Below are positions 1 through 12,780 of a stretch of DNA of 64,000 bases, piece after piece; within the stretch, counting starts at the first letter, position 1; each line of letters opens with the position of its first letter. Below the pieces are notes generated by a model. That model made no database searches, had not been told where the DNA came from, and worked only from the letters and a program-made list of their open reading frames with translations. A program made the position numbers and the translations under genes. The stretch comes from Octopus bimaculoides (lineage: Eukaryota): contig NC_068988.1 of assembly GCF_001194135.2 (NCBI RefSeq), positions 94,067,412-94,131,411 of the forward strand, given 5' to 3'.

Positions 1-198
1 TATATATTTATTTATTTATTTATATATATATGCATATGTGGGAACAGGACGTCATGAAACGTGTACAACAAAAAAGTACGAAGTACGAGTACATAGAACA
101 TGAACTATTCTTTCGAACAACGAAAGACACAAATGGAAAACAAAACAAACAACATAAAGAACGACCCTTCATCAGTTGTTGGCTGTTTTTCTAGTCTC

Positions 199-1080
199 GT
201 ATTTCTGCTGTTATAATTTATGTGCAATAAATTGGCTATAGCTCTACAATACACAAAATATTTTAACAATTTTTATGTACAACTCCTTGTAAGATATAAT
301 TAAAATATATAATTAGGTCATTTAAGCATGGAATAGCTGTGAGGGCCCATTCCAGTACAATGAGAATCAAAGGGTACCATAGGTAAAAAGTGGTTGACAC
401 CCATTGGTTTAAATAATATTTCGACGTGTTATCACTCTGGTTACGAAAGGCATGAGTGATTATACTCGCTATACACGATATAACATTTGTTAATGTCATT
501 TAGCAAGTCCCTCTGTCAATCCGTAAATTTCCTTACTTCTCTATATCTCTGTTCTTACGACGAATGGGCGTCCCGCATTGTTGGGGGAATTTATACCCAA
601 TGGAACCGGGAAACCGGCCCTTACGAGTCGGCATGACACGAGAAAGGAACCGTTTTAACTTTATATCTCTGTTCTGGAATTGTAAGGTCAGTACGTGACA
701 TAACCTCATGCAGTGATATTAGGCAGAAATATAAAATAGTGTTTTACATTACAACTAATTTCACCGTCACCGAAACATCGAAAGAACTCTGTAGAAAAGG
801 TTTTCTATTAAGCGGGAAAACAAAACAACAAAACAAGAGTCTGTGAACGATAGAGTGACAACACGTCGAATTGTTATTTAAACCAATGGGTATCAACCAC
901 TTTTCACCTATGGTACCCTTTGTACTGGAATGGACCCTCACAGCTATTCCATGCTTAAAAGACCTAATTATATATTTTAATTATATCTTACAAGGAGTTG
1001 TGCATAAAAATTGTTTAAATATTTTGTGTATTTTAGAGCTATAGCCAATTTATTGCACATAAATTATAACAGCAGAATAC
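199..1080. repeat. Long inverted repeat, ~235-bp arms (199-438 / 852-1080), ~410-bp spacer
   Basis: Left arm GTATTTCTGCTGTTATAATTTATGTGCAATAAATTGGCTATAGC...TCGACGTGTTATCACTCT is the reverse complement of 852-1080, apart from scattered substitutions and a ~10-nt insertion in the left arm. Confidence 0.9.
555..655 (+). mobile_element. 3' tail fragment of a SINE C-type element
   Basis: GGGGAATTTATACC...GGAACCGGGAAACCGGCCCTTACGAG resembles the tail of the copy at 60799-61048 (GAAACCGGGAAACCGGGCCCATGAG). Confidence 0.55.
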
Positions 1081-1125
1081 CTATGGAACCTGAAGGGATA
1101 TGTAGACCCCGGTTGAGAACCAGTG
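1040..1125 (-). mobile_element. hAT (Charlie-like) MITE terminus
   Basis: Ends GACCCCGGTTGAGAACCAGTG, close to the reverse complement of a CAGTGGTTCTCAACC-type hAT TIR. A homologous end lies at 63325-63462. Confidence 0.6.
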
Positions 1126-1154
1126 ATGTAAACTAAAAAGTTGAAAAAGTTCGG

Positions 1155-1185
<31 letters not shown>

Positions 1186-1427
1186 GAAGCTTCTTAGAAA
1201 GTAAGGACTTCTATTTGCATAAGCTTAATATATGTATAAAGTCATATTGTTACATATCATAGAGGAACAGTTTTAAAAGAAATTAATGTAGTGGAAAAAT
1301 AATAACGGCTAATTGTTTTGGAAGTCAAATATGCGTATAAAGCAAACTTGAGTAGAAAAAAAAATGATCTCAAGGAAATAACTCTAATGAAACAATAAAC
1401 AAGAATTTGGATAAATAAATAGTGTAT

Positions 1428-1593
1428 AGGCGAAGGCGTGGCTGTGTGGTAAGCAGTTTGCTTCCCAACCACATGTTTCATGGTTCAGTCCCACTGCTTG
1501 GTACCTTCGGCAAGTGTTTTCTAGTATAGACCCTGGCCGACGAAAGCTATGTGAGTGGATTTAGTAGAAGGAAACTGATAGAAGCCCGTAGTA
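1428..1593 (+). mobile_element. SINE B, 5' half (tRNA head + CORE-like domain), cut by N gap
   Basis: AGGCG..GGCGTGGCTGTGTGGTAAG (A box), GGTTCAGTCCC (B box), ACCTTCGGCAAGTGT; aligns to the full copy at 62917-63304. Confidence 0.85.
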
Positions 1594-1794
1594 NNNNNNN
1601 NNNNNNNNNNNNNNNNNNNNNNNNNNNNNNNNNNNNNNNNNNNNNNNNNNNNNNNNNNNNNNNNNNNNNNNNNNNNNATATATATATATATATATATATA
1701 TATGGGAGAATATACGAAAAAACAACAACAGACGAGGACAGGTGGTGTAAATAACAAAAGGATGTATTAGTATGACGCTCGGGAATACGGAAAG

Positions 1795-1831
1795 TCTTTG
1801 ACGTTTCGAGCTACGCTCTTCAACAGAAAGA
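1795..1831 (-). ncRNA. Minimal type I hammerhead ribozyme fold (core variant CUGUUGA), probable Penelope-like pLTR remnant
   Basis: Minus strand reads UCUUU CUGUUGA A GAGC-GUA-GCUC GAAA CG UC|AAAGA. Stem I is 5 bp, stem II 4 bp, stem III the palindrome ACGU, with a GUC cleavage triplet. A6 is replaced by U. Confidence 0.65.
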
Positions 1832-2838
1832 ATACGGAGACAAGGAGAAAAACACGGAGACAAGGAGAAAAACACGGAGAAAAAAAATTGAATAGTGTCC
1901 AGTCAACGGTCAGAGTGTGTGTCTTTGCGTCTGCGTTTGTCCTTCACCAGCACTTCACAACCGGTGTTGATGGCAAAATTTGGTACTAGCCCTTCCAGTA
2001 TTTTCCACATTTAAATTATTTAATATCTCTCACGTCTGCGCTGTATGGAGTAGAATCGTAGTTCTTTCAGCCTCTACCTGTAGTTCATCTGTTTGACTGT
2101 AGCAATCTTTTTAATCAATTTTTTAAAACAACCATGGATATGCTTTAGTATTTAGACCGTATGTGTATAATACAGTCATCCCTACCGATAAATTGAGAAA
2201 GATTTTTACGTATAGAAAGCGTTATGTATAATTTGTTTGACCAATACAATTAAGATACGTGAAAAGAGAGAGAAGCTAAGGGAGGTAACTGAAATCTGCA
2301 AATAGCATGAATTCGAAGAGATATTTCAGGGGCAATGAGCGATTGCTGTACACATAAAATTCTTAATTAGTTTAAATTTCCCATTTATTGGGAAAGTAAA
2401 TATTTTGAGACAATTGTAAACATCCTTCAAACGGAAGGGGAAATAATTTCTAAAAATCAAAAAATAATCTCTCAAATTAAATTAATATGCTTAAAAGATA
2501 TTTGTTTGCAGGGAAGGGACAACTATAAACGTGTTTAGCCAGTAGAATTAGCAGAATAAAGAAATAAATTGAGTAAATAACCGAAATGGGTCGATGGCGT
2601 TAAGGGTTAATAATGTACTGGAGTCTGTTGGAAAAAATCATCATTATTTTGTGATGTGGAAAATAACGAAAAGTAACTTCCTTATAAGACTGATTGTTTC
2701 TCTAAGGTTCTAGGTATGCATCCCTTGGAATTGTGTGAGCATGGAGACAGACCGTGTATGTGATTCTGTTGCGATGTTGTTTTCATATGGTAGAAAGCTC
2801 CAGAAGCATTTACCGACAAATAATCCGTTGAACTATAG

Positions 2839-3036
2839 AGGCAAGACCTGAATTTGGGGAAGGGGACGAGTCGATTACATCGACCTCAATGTTTCACTGG
2901 TACTTAATTTATCGACCCCGAAAGGATGAAAGGCAAAGACTACCTCGACGGAATTTGAACTCAGAATGTAGCAACGGGCAAAATACTGCTAAGCATTTCG
3001 TCCGGCATACTATCGATTCTGCCAGCTCACCGCCTT
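2839..3036 (-). mobile_element. SINE A (tail type 2)
   Basis: Reverse complement of head GGCGGTGAGCTGGCAGAATCG..., B box GAGTTCAAATTCC and body CTTTGCCTTTCATCCTTTCGGGGTCGATAAATTAAGTACCAG. Confidence 0.9.
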
Positions 3037-3069
3037 TTTGCCGACAAATAATTCAAGTAATAAAAACAG

Positions 3070-3190
3070 GTCGAGCACATATGGTTTGGATGCATGTGCC
3101 TGGTGTACCTTTATCAGACGGGTAGTTATGATGGGTATATTGGGCTTCGTATATTTGTACCCCAGTGTCACTTTGGTGGCATGCATTGCT
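3070..3190 (+). mobile_element. Repeat family D, 3' fragment
   Basis: GCACATATGGTTTGGATGCATGTGCCTGGTGTACCTTTATCAGACGGGTAG...CCCCAGTGTCACTTTGGTGGCATGCATTGCT matches 36570-36700 and the reverse complement of 4371-4480. Confidence 0.85.
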
Positions 3191-3235
3191 AATGCGATGC
3201 TGCTTATTGATCGACTAATCATGCCTGCTTGATTC

Positions 3236-3558
3236 CAGGGTCGAAAAGAAGAAGAAAAAATACAACCCCTTAAAATTTTAAATAGGAAGAAGTTGGAGCA
3301 TTAGAACTGTCAAAGCCGTGCCTATAATAATTGGAATGTTGGGAACAACAGGCAGAGATATAGACAAATGGCTGGAGAGCTCTTACAAAATGTTTGTCTC
3401 TTGGGGACAGCAAGGATTATCAGGAGGGTTCTAAGCACTTGAAAGTCTATTGAAAACTTGTGGATACTTGAGGTTTAAAGGTAGTAACCCGCCACCCACA
3501 TAATTCCTGCCAGAATAAGACCGAAACTGAGCCAAACCAAATAATAATAATAATAATG

Positions 3559-3612
<54 letters not shown>
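3236..3612 (+). pseudogene. R4/Dong-like (RLE) non-LTR retrotransposon 3' end with 3' UTR and (AAT)n tail
   Basis: Decayed translation KKYNPLKF*IGRSWSIRTVKAVPIIIGMLGT..DKWLE..LQNVCLLGTARIIRRVLST* is the characteristic ORF end of R4/Dong-type elements; ~100 nt of UTR and (AAT)~24 follow. Confidence 0.8.
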
Positions 3613-3616
<4 letters not shown>

Positions 3617-4137
3617 CAGATTTGTCAGCAAATTCTGTATCTTCGGATTCGTAGGTGCTACATTCTAGACAATTAACATTTACGAATTTCACCAAGTCTT
3701 ATTTTTTTTTCTTCTTTTAACAGCAGTATCAGAGTTTTTCTTCTATTCTTGCGGAAAACAAAGAAGACGTGACGCGAATGTGAATTGCGAATCTTTCCAA
3801 TCAACACTTACGTTAGTTTTCAATGCAAAGAAAAACAAAAATCCTTTTTTTTTTTTTTTAAATTTTTATTTTCATTATGGTGCGCTCCTTAGTTTCTGCA
3901 GACACCTGACCTTCGGTGCAAACCTAGTTCTTTTCTCTTCATAATCATATTGAACAAACGAAAATAAGTTAAAGGTATCCTCTTACTGACATTTTGATAA
4001 TATCAAAGCGAAGCATGTCACGTGCTTCAAGACGCTCTAAAGCTTCATCGAACAAAGCTCTATGACATTCAGTTGTTTTATACGAGGGCAAAGTTTCAGG
4101 TTACAATTTTATTTATTTATTTAGTTATTTGAATTAT

Positions 4138-4193
<56 letters not shown>

Positions 4194-4370
4194 GGTTTCA
4201 TATCAGTTGAGGTTAACCTTACCTTTCATTCGAAATTGATGAAATATATTACCAATCCAGCAGTGGGGTCGATTTAATCATCTGACTCCTCTCAAAAAAT
4301 TTTCTGTCCGTTGCGGCTATTTGCGTCTATATCACTCCTGCTCTGTACATCCTGGGTTCATAAAGAACAA

Positions 4371-4672
4371 TGATACTTTGGGGTAAAATATACGAAGCCC
4401 AGTATACCTACCACGACTACCCGTCTGATAAGGGTACACCAGTCACATGCATCACAACCATATGTGCGCGGCATAGTGATCTCATATCAAGATAAACAGT
4501 GCATGACCTTGCAGATGGAGCCCAGTTAGAATTTTCTTCGGGTGAGTAGCCCATTCCGCTTAAATGGTCCTTGAATAAGGTTTGTTTAAGGTTGTTGAAC
4601 GAAACTCCAATGTTTCCAGAGGTGAATTATTCAAACCCCAAAGAATTCTTCTCAACACATGGCCATGATGCC
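4371..4672 (-). mobile_element. Repeat family D, longest copy (probable retroelement 3' region)
   Basis: Reverse complement matches 36510-36707 and 3070-3190; the copies share the 3' region and differ in 5' extent. No tRNA head recognised. Confidence 0.75.
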
Positions 4673-5599
4673 TAGCTTCTTGAAACATATTCTGTCACTC
4701 AGAAAAGTGGGGATAGGTGAAGGTACTGTTATCTAAACTTCTATAAATAAGAGAGTAGTGAAGTTAACGTGCCTCAATTCACTCTACTTTTGCAACTGAA
4801 TATTGGGGGCAAGATTTGAAAGAAGGAAATTCGGCTCGGCATTAGAGTAATACAGCTTTCGGAGGTGGGTTCTCTGATACGTTAAATGTAGTCTATGGTC
4901 CAAAAAACACATTGCTATATTTGTTGTTACCTCTTTATTAATGTTATGCGGTGGCAGCGCCATGCAGTGGTGTGGATAAATACAAGGTTGTTACTAGCTC
5001 AAATATGCTTGGATTCGAACATATCCAAAGCTTATTTGAACTGGCTATAACTTTTCGTTTATTATTGTGTTTCTCGTGAATGATGAGTTCACCATTTTAC
5101 ACCATGTCCACTCCTAACCCGCTCTCACGTTTGGTCATTTATTTTCCGTTTTACTTTTGTACTGTCCCCCAAATCTTCAATCCTTGTGGCCAATAAAAGA
5201 AATCATTAACATAATTATTAGGCTTCTCCATTTTGTTTGCGAAGACGCAAGAATCGGAGATTTAGGATTCCTGAAAATTGATCTGTACTTGAAGACCGAT
5301 CAGAGATGAATATTCATGAGAAAAAAAAAACAAAAAAAAAAAAACGTTTTGTTTTGGCTCCAATACAACAATATTTTGTGTCGGTGGAATTATTGAAATG
5401 GAATTATTTTGGAGAGCAGAAGACAAAAAACGAAAGTGTTGGAAATGTTGGCCTCCGAAGACAGGTACTGGAAAGATACGTAAGTAATAATAATAAAAAA
5501 TGAAAAAAATAGAAGTATAGTAAAAAAAGAGTTTACAAATGATCTAGCGATGAGTTGCAAAATAATACAATTATTTTGCACACGCATACACAGACAGAC

Positions 5600-5617
5600 A
5601 CACACACACATATATTA

Positions 5618-5648
<31 letters not shown>

Positions 5649-6122
5649 TGTAGGTATATATATGTATATATACGTATATATATGCGTGTGTGTGTGCGTG
5701 TATATATATATATATGCATATACATATGCATGTACACACCCACATATGTATATATATATATATATATTTATATACATATACATATATATATTTGTATGTA
5801 AATATGTATATATATATACATATATATATGTTTATGTTTATGTATATATATATATATATATATATGCACTTATGTGGTTATACATACATAGACACTCATA
5901 TATATACTTATGTGTATATATANNNNNNNNNNNNNNNNNNNNNNNNNNNNNNNNNNNNNNNNNNNNNNNNNNNNNNNNNNNNNNNNNNNNNNNNNNNNNN
6001 NNNNNNNNNNNNNNNNNNNNNNNNNNNNNNNNNNNNNNNNNNNNNATATATATATATGTACATACACAACTATAATACGCATACTTACATAAAGGCACAT
6101 AAACATAACACTTACAAGCTGC

Positions 6123-6168
<46 letters not shown>

Positions 6169-6180
6169 TAAACACACATA
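5600..6180. repeat. (TA)n/(TG)n/(CA)n compound microsatellite with N gap
   Basis: Direct reading; source of the YIYI/HTHT ORFs. Confidence 0.95.
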
Positions 6181-7203
6181 TATATCACTCAATAAGTTAG
6201 TCAGGAGAGAAAGGTCAGTAGCTCTGATCTTTACAGGCCCAACCAGACTGATCTGGTTCACGCTGATGCTGCTTCCGTCTAACGTGTATATCGGCAGATC
6301 AGTTCGAGAGATAAGAATAGGTGATTGTCCGGCCACGAATGTCTATACCCACGTACGCGAGCGCATGCATGTTTCCGTGCGTGCGCGTGCATGTGGTAGA
6401 GGGCGTGGAGGAAGAGAAACATCTAAGACATTGCATCCATTCAGTCTGGTATAGATTTCGGTTCTAGGCTTGTGAAAGTATCACCCGTAGCAGCATATGA
6501 ACTATCAATTCTTCGATATAGTCTTTCGAATCAGTGGTTACAATCGTTTGGTATGGAAGTGTCCCTTGAGATATGATTATTTCAATAAAATTCTTTTGTG
6601 AAATGATAAGAGTTGCAGGGGCTGTTCGCTGACGTGATGGGAATTCTTAAGAGGAACAATATTTTCTTTAAAGTAATATTGTTCTCTGATCAAATCCTGC
6701 ATTCTGAGTTCAAATCTTTCTGTGTTAATTTTGACCCACAACTCACCCATAATCCGTACAATAAAGACTAGTATTAAAATACAGAAATGTTCCGTCGAAT
6801 GAAAAAATGAATGTTTTAGATGTCTTTATATTGATGAAATTATTTAGGGTTTCGGATGTTCGCAGCCTCATTGCTTCTTTCACCATCTTCCTTTGTACTG
6901 ATACTCAGGTTTCCCTCTCTGCTTTCTGGTAATTTCTCTTCGACCCTATTTCCTAGCAAAACATCTGCATCCTCCAGAATCAGGGTCATCGTAGTTGTCG
7001 TCGTCGTCGTCATCATCATCATCATCCATCCATCCATCCATCCATCCATCCATCCATCCATCCGTCACGGCTGCACTAGCCGTAAAGAACAGAACCATTA
7101 TTCAAGTAAGGTGAAACTCAAAATATTAACACCTGAGTAGAGTACATCAGTATGTGCATACATGCATTCACACATACACCTAGGTACATGAAAACCACAC
7201 CAG

Positions 7204-7240
<37 letters not shown>

Positions 7241-7654
7241 ACATGCATAACACGTGTGTATACGATCCCACAAGCTAAACCTTGCCTTAAATCACCCTTA
7301 TTCCTCCAATGATAATCTTTATGAAAAACTCTCTCGTCCCCTTATTTCTCTCAATTTGTCATTCTCTCTCTCTCTCTCTCGCTTTCCCTCATCTCTCTCT
7401 CTCTCTATCTCACATCTCCCTCTTCCTCTCACTTCACCGATATCTCTTTCTTTCCCTCTTCCTCACTTTGTGTCCCTCTCTCTCTCTCTCTCTCTCACCC
7501 ACCCCACATCTAATTAGAAGGCGCTACTAAGAATAGTTGCAAGGATGGAGGAGAGTATTTTCAACTGACAAAATAGAAAGATCGGGACCGAATACCACAA
7601 GGCATTATGTCCGACCTTTTCTCACAGTCCTGCCAGTTAAAGGCTCGGAATTGG

Positions 7655-7770
7655 CCCTCTTTTATCGACCCCGCAAAGATTAAAGGCAAAGCTAACCCCA
7701 GTGGTATTTGAACTCTGAGCGTAGGGAGTTGAAAGAATTACCACAAGGCGTTCTAATCCGACGTTCTACT
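7655..7770 (-). mobile_element. Diverged SINE A-like copy
   Basis: TTTATCGACCCCGCAAAGATTAAAGGCAAAG...ATTTGAACTCTGAG. Confidence 0.7.
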
Positions 7771-7790
7771 CACTCTACTAATTAACTACG

Positions 7791-7834
<44 letters not shown>

Positions 7835-9068
7835 CACGCACACACACACACATCCATGAATACACAAGCCTACTTCACACACGCACACACACGTGCTACC
7901 ATACATACATACATACAGAAGCCTACTTAACACAGACATACACACATACATGCATACACAAGACTACATCACATTCACACACACACACACACACACAGAC
8001 ACACAACGTACACACTTATGCAGCAATCATATAAATCCGCACACAAATGCGAGCACGCGCGCCCACACATAGGGAAAACCAAAGGCTTTTGTTGTCGGTT
8101 GAACCAGGGTTATTTCTATGATAGGGGCTGGATATAAGGTGAAACATTGGTTCTTCAAAAAAGGCGAGCAAACAAGTTTTCGCTTGGCAATCTTTTCGTG
8201 TAAACACCTTCAATCCGATTAAGCTGTATTTAGCAGCGGGCGCTTGGCGTTTGGCATTGCAAGTTGTCCTTTGGCTGTTGTTTGTGGCTGCCGTCTTGTT
8301 TCTCTCGCCTCATTAAACATACAATAGCAATCCGTTTGATGTCCGCCATAGGAAGACAATCTCCAGAACCCGGATCAGAAGCGTCTCAAAAACATTAAAT
8401 ACATCGATCTTTTCCTCTACTTTTTTTTTATTAATATATATTTCTTTATTTGTCAGTTTTTGCTGTTTTTGATTCTTTGTTCGTTTTCTTATTTTTTACT
8501 CTCTCCTTCCTTGCGCGTGTATATATGTGTGTGTGTGTGTGTGCGTGGGTACTTGTGTGGGTGGATGTGTATGTGTGTCTGTATGTATATTACGCTCCGT
8601 TATGACTGTGTATACGTGTCCGTTCGTAGATTCTCTTTTTATATATTTATTTTGCTTGGATCAATGTTTTAATTTTATCCGACATCTTGCTTTCTTCTCC
8701 TTATTTCTTCTCAATCTTCTCGCATTCAACTTTCCTTCTCCTTTTAATCATTCATTCGGCCATTCATTCAATAATTATCTCCCCTTATCTTTATCCTTAT
8801 CATAAAATCTTTTTATTCTTTTTTCACACTATTTTTTTCTTTTGTCTTCTTTCGTTATTATTTCTTTTTATGTTACGGTTGTTGTTGTTGTTGCTGCTTT
8901 TATTGTAGCTTCCCCTTCTCTCTTTATCTCCCTGCTTTGTCTTTCCCTGTCTTTGCTTCTCCCCTCCGAACAGTTTCGAGTTTTTTGTTATCCTTTTTTT
9001 CTTTATTCATTTATTCTTTCCGACATTTCTAAAAAGGTGTTCGGCCACATCCTTTATTCTGGCTGTTG

Positions 9069-9141
<73 letters not shown>

Positions 9142-9719
9142 NNNNNNNNNNNNNNNNNNNNNNNNNNNNNNNNNNNNNNNNNNNNNNNNNNNNNNNNNNN
9201 NNNNNNNNNNNNNNNNNNNNNNNNNNNNNNNNNNNNNNNNNNNNNNNNNNNNNNNNNNNNNNNNNNNNNNNNNNNNNNNNNNNNNNNNNNNNNNNNNNNN
9301 NNNNNNNNNNNNNNNNNNNNNNNNNNNNNNNNNNNNNNNNNNNNNNNNNNNNNNNNNNNNNNNNNNNNNNNNNNNNNNNNNNNNNNNNNNNNNNNNNNNN
9401 NNNNNNNNNNNNNNNNNNNNNNNNNNNNNNNNNNNNNNNNNNNNNNNNNNNNNNNNNNNNNNNNNNNNNNNNNNNNNNNNNNNNNNNNNNNNNNNNNNNN
9501 NNNNNNNNNNNNNNNNNNNNNNNNNNNNNNNNNNNNNNNNNNNNNNNNNNNNNNNNNNNNNNNNNNNNNNNNNNNNNNNNCAGTAATTGAAGTAGATAGT
9601 GAATGTGCTCCGGAATAATCATTTAAAGATGTTTTTGTTACATGTTGTTATTGTTTTTGTTGAATAAAATTTGTTGAAAAAAAAAAAAACCGCAATAATT
9701 ATGCACCAACCAAATATAT

Positions 9720-9942
9720 TTTTCTTTATTGCCCACAGGGAGCTAAAACACAGAGGGGACAAACAAAGGGGATTAAGTCGATTACATCGACCGCAGTGCG
9801 TAACTAGTGCTTATTTAATCGACCCCGAAAGAATAAAAGGCAAAGTCGACCTCGGTGGAATTTGAACTCAGAACGTAACGGCAGACGAAATACAGCTGAC
9901 CATTTTGCACGGCGTGCTAACGTTTCTGCCAGATCGCCAACC
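9720..9942 (-). mobile_element. SINE A (tail type 1)
   Basis: TTTCTTTATTGCCCACAGGGAGCTAAAACACAGAGGGGACAAACAA tail, then body and head, in reverse complement. Confidence 0.9.
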
Positions 9943-10062
9943 CAACATATGCATGCACTATATAACCTATATGTATATGCATATATGTACACATGTACGC
10001 ACATACGAACTCGTGTAAATATATATAGATACTATATATTATGTATTATATATATGCGCCGT

Positions 10063-10198
10063 ACTTAATTTATCGACCCCGAAAGGATGAAAGGCAAAGT
10101 CAACCCTGGTGGAATTTGAACTCAGAACGTAACGGCAGACGAAATACCGCTAAGCATTTCGCCCGGCGTGCTAACCACTCTGCCAGCTCGCCGCCTTT
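10063..10198 (-). mobile_element. SINE A, 3'-truncated
   Basis: Head and body match the other A copies; ends in the (TA)n tract. Confidence 0.9.
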
Positions 10199-10996
10199 CA
10201 ATTCAATCAAAGTTTCTCCATAGCACCTTTCCATCGTAATCCACATTACAACCCAATTACCATTCCACTCAAACTCACACACCTATAGAGGATTTTAGCC
10301 CAACGAAGACTATATAAAGCCATGATTAAATCGAATGCATCGTAGTCCAAAGCTTCAAAGTCACAATCAATTATATTCTTGTTTAAGAATAATAAATTTG
10401 TTCTTTATAAAAGTATAGAGTAATTCTTCAGGTTACAACTAGTATACAACTAGTATACAACTAGTATACAAGTTTCGTGGTTCCATCCGGCCTGTGATAT
10501 GTTTTATGGCATAATCTCTGGTCCACCTACTTCTTGTGACTGAAATCCTGTCGACGGTAAGTGTGTGGAAATTTTCCGAATGGGTTGTGCCAACAGCACA
10601 AGGACCCAGCCTTATCACATTGCTCCCTGTGGGAACGATATTAAGTTCACGACATGTAACTGTCGAATCTTTAGATAATCATACGTTAATTAATGATGCT
10701 GGGTGTTGAGTTGGTTGAAGAACTGGAAAATCATGGTTGGAACGACTAATTTATTTTTACACCAGAATCCATAGATACAAACGCGAGCGCAGATCCAGTC
10801 TAAGTTTAGACTGTACAAGTTCAGTTCATCTAAGTAGGATATTGAATCACTTAGAGTGCACAATGATTCAACATGTAGTCACTGCTATGACTTTATGTCT
10901 AACCGAATTAAACAAACAAGAATAATGAACCTGAAATACATAACATAAAGAAAATAAACTAAGAGAGAGATAGAGAGAGGAAGAGAGATAGAGAGA

Positions 10997-11069
<73 letters not shown>

Positions 11070-11649
11070 AGTAAATGAAGAGGGGATGTATAGAAATGTG
11101 TACGTAGAATTTTGTTTGTATGTTGAAGCTTGATTTTATGGAGTAAAAGAAGGGATAGGGCGGTAAGAAAGAGAAGAATTTATTCCTTAGATCAACCATT
11201 ATTATTTCATCTTTCATGTAAACATTAGTTTCGTCTAGAAATTAATCAGATTATAATATTTATTTAAGTATTTCTAATCCTGTTTAGAGTAGAGTCTCAC
11301 GCTAATATATTAGCTGTTATGCTAATATCTAGTGAAAAATCAACGATGATTGTGGCAGTTTAATTAATGTTCTGCATTATCAAGTTAATTAGAACCAATT
11401 CATCAATAATTTACACAAAGACAAATGTGACAGATTACGTTATGAAATATAAAGAAAATATAAAAACGACAATCCAAACAGAATAAAAACAACGTACAGC
11501 ATTAATGAAACGAGCAGCATTCTGAAATATTATTCTACATGCTAACTGTTCAGCTGCTACTGTCTCAGTTACAACAACTTAGCATAGACTCGTATTGGTT
11601 TCCTTTTAGATTTTAAAAAACATTTTCAGTCGCCTTCTTCATGCTGATG

Positions 11650-11830
11650 GATTGGCAGAACCGTTAGAGCGTAGGACAAAATGCCTTCCGGTATTTCTTT
11701 CGGCTGTTGACATTCTAAGTTCAAATCCCGACAAGCTGATCTTTGTGTTTCACCTTTCAAGGGTCAATAAAATACAAAATCAGTCAAGTATTGGAATTCG
11801 ATACAACCGACGTCGTTCCTTATCGAATTT
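11650..11830 (+). mobile_element. Old diverged SINE A-like copy (further decayed copies near 11900-12060, 12260-12380, 6620-6780, 4200-4290)
   Basis: TGGCAGAACCGTTAG...AAGTTCAAATCCC...CACCTTTCAAGGGTCAATAAAAT. Confidence 0.65.
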
Positions 11831-12524
11831 CTATCCTATCTAAGAGATGATTGTTCTTTATTTTCGATAGGGTTGGGCGTAACAATATCGGTAATGCTTT
11901 CGAGCCAAAAGCGTTTTCGTATTTCAATACATTCTGAGTTCAAATCCTGCTGGACTTGACTTTGCTTTACATTTCATCCGAGGTTGATAAACTATAACCA
12001 GTTAGGTTCGGAGATGGGAATCGCCAATATGGTCGGATTTTCCTTCTCCACAAACTTGTATCCTTCTTATCTAAGTTATACATTATTATTTAACCCACGT
12101 AGGATAGAGAATGGGAGAAGCGGATGTGATCTGAAAGAAAATCTCTTGCAGTAGTGATATCGGTCAGATTATGCCCCAAATTCCAATCTCAACGGGAACG
12201 TTCTTATTCTGCTTAACTTTAAATAAGGCTATGAATTTATGGAGTAGGAACAATCTGTTATATCGAAAAGCTTCATCTCAGAACATAATTGCTACTATTT
12301 GTCGACCACGGACTGGATGTAAAGTAAATTCGACCTCAGCAAGATTTGAAATGCACAACTTTTCAACTGTCAATGTAAGCTACTCTTCCCTAACAAACGT
12401 CCCTATAAGATGCAGTGGACTCATAGGTGAGTGAATGAGTAACACTGTAACCCTTCATTGGAGCTAACCAAACACAAAGTGCATTGCATGTTTGAAGCTC
12501 TGATGGAGCTATAAGGTGATATTC

Positions 12525-12537
12525 AGCCCGTCGTACA

Positions 12538-12568
<31 letters not shown>

Positions 12569-12780
12569 GTATATGTTTGTGTGTCTGTGTTTGTCCCCCT
12601 AACATCGCTTGACAGCTGATGCTGGTGTGTTTACGTCCCCGTAACTTAGTGGTTCGGCAAAAGAGATCGATAGAATAAGTACTAGACTTACAACGAATAA
12701 GCTCTGGGGTCAATTTGCTCGACTAAAGGCGGTGCTCCAGCATGGCCGCAGTCGAATGACTGAAACAAATAAAAGAATAT
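12525..12780 (+). mobile_element. SINE B, 5'-truncated
   Basis: AGCCCGTCGTA-(TA)n-GTGTTTGTCCCCCTAACATCGCTTGACA...GGCGGTGCTCCAGCATGGCCGCAGTCGAATGACTGAAAC. Confidence 0.9.

Noticed and set aside
110-200. CUGAUGA..GAAA on the minus strand as a hammerhead
   Set aside because: No convincing stems I/III or NUH site; probably a decayed repeat related to 52690-52860.
2585-2610. AAGGGTTAA as a piggyBac-type terminus
   Set aside because: No matching opposite end found; the motif is too short.
10434-10740. 11-bp tandem (TACAACTAGTA x3) and adjacent GC-richer segment with a strong plus-strand donor at 10558
   Set aside because: All three frames upstream of the donor contain stops; likely an unclassified repeat remnant.
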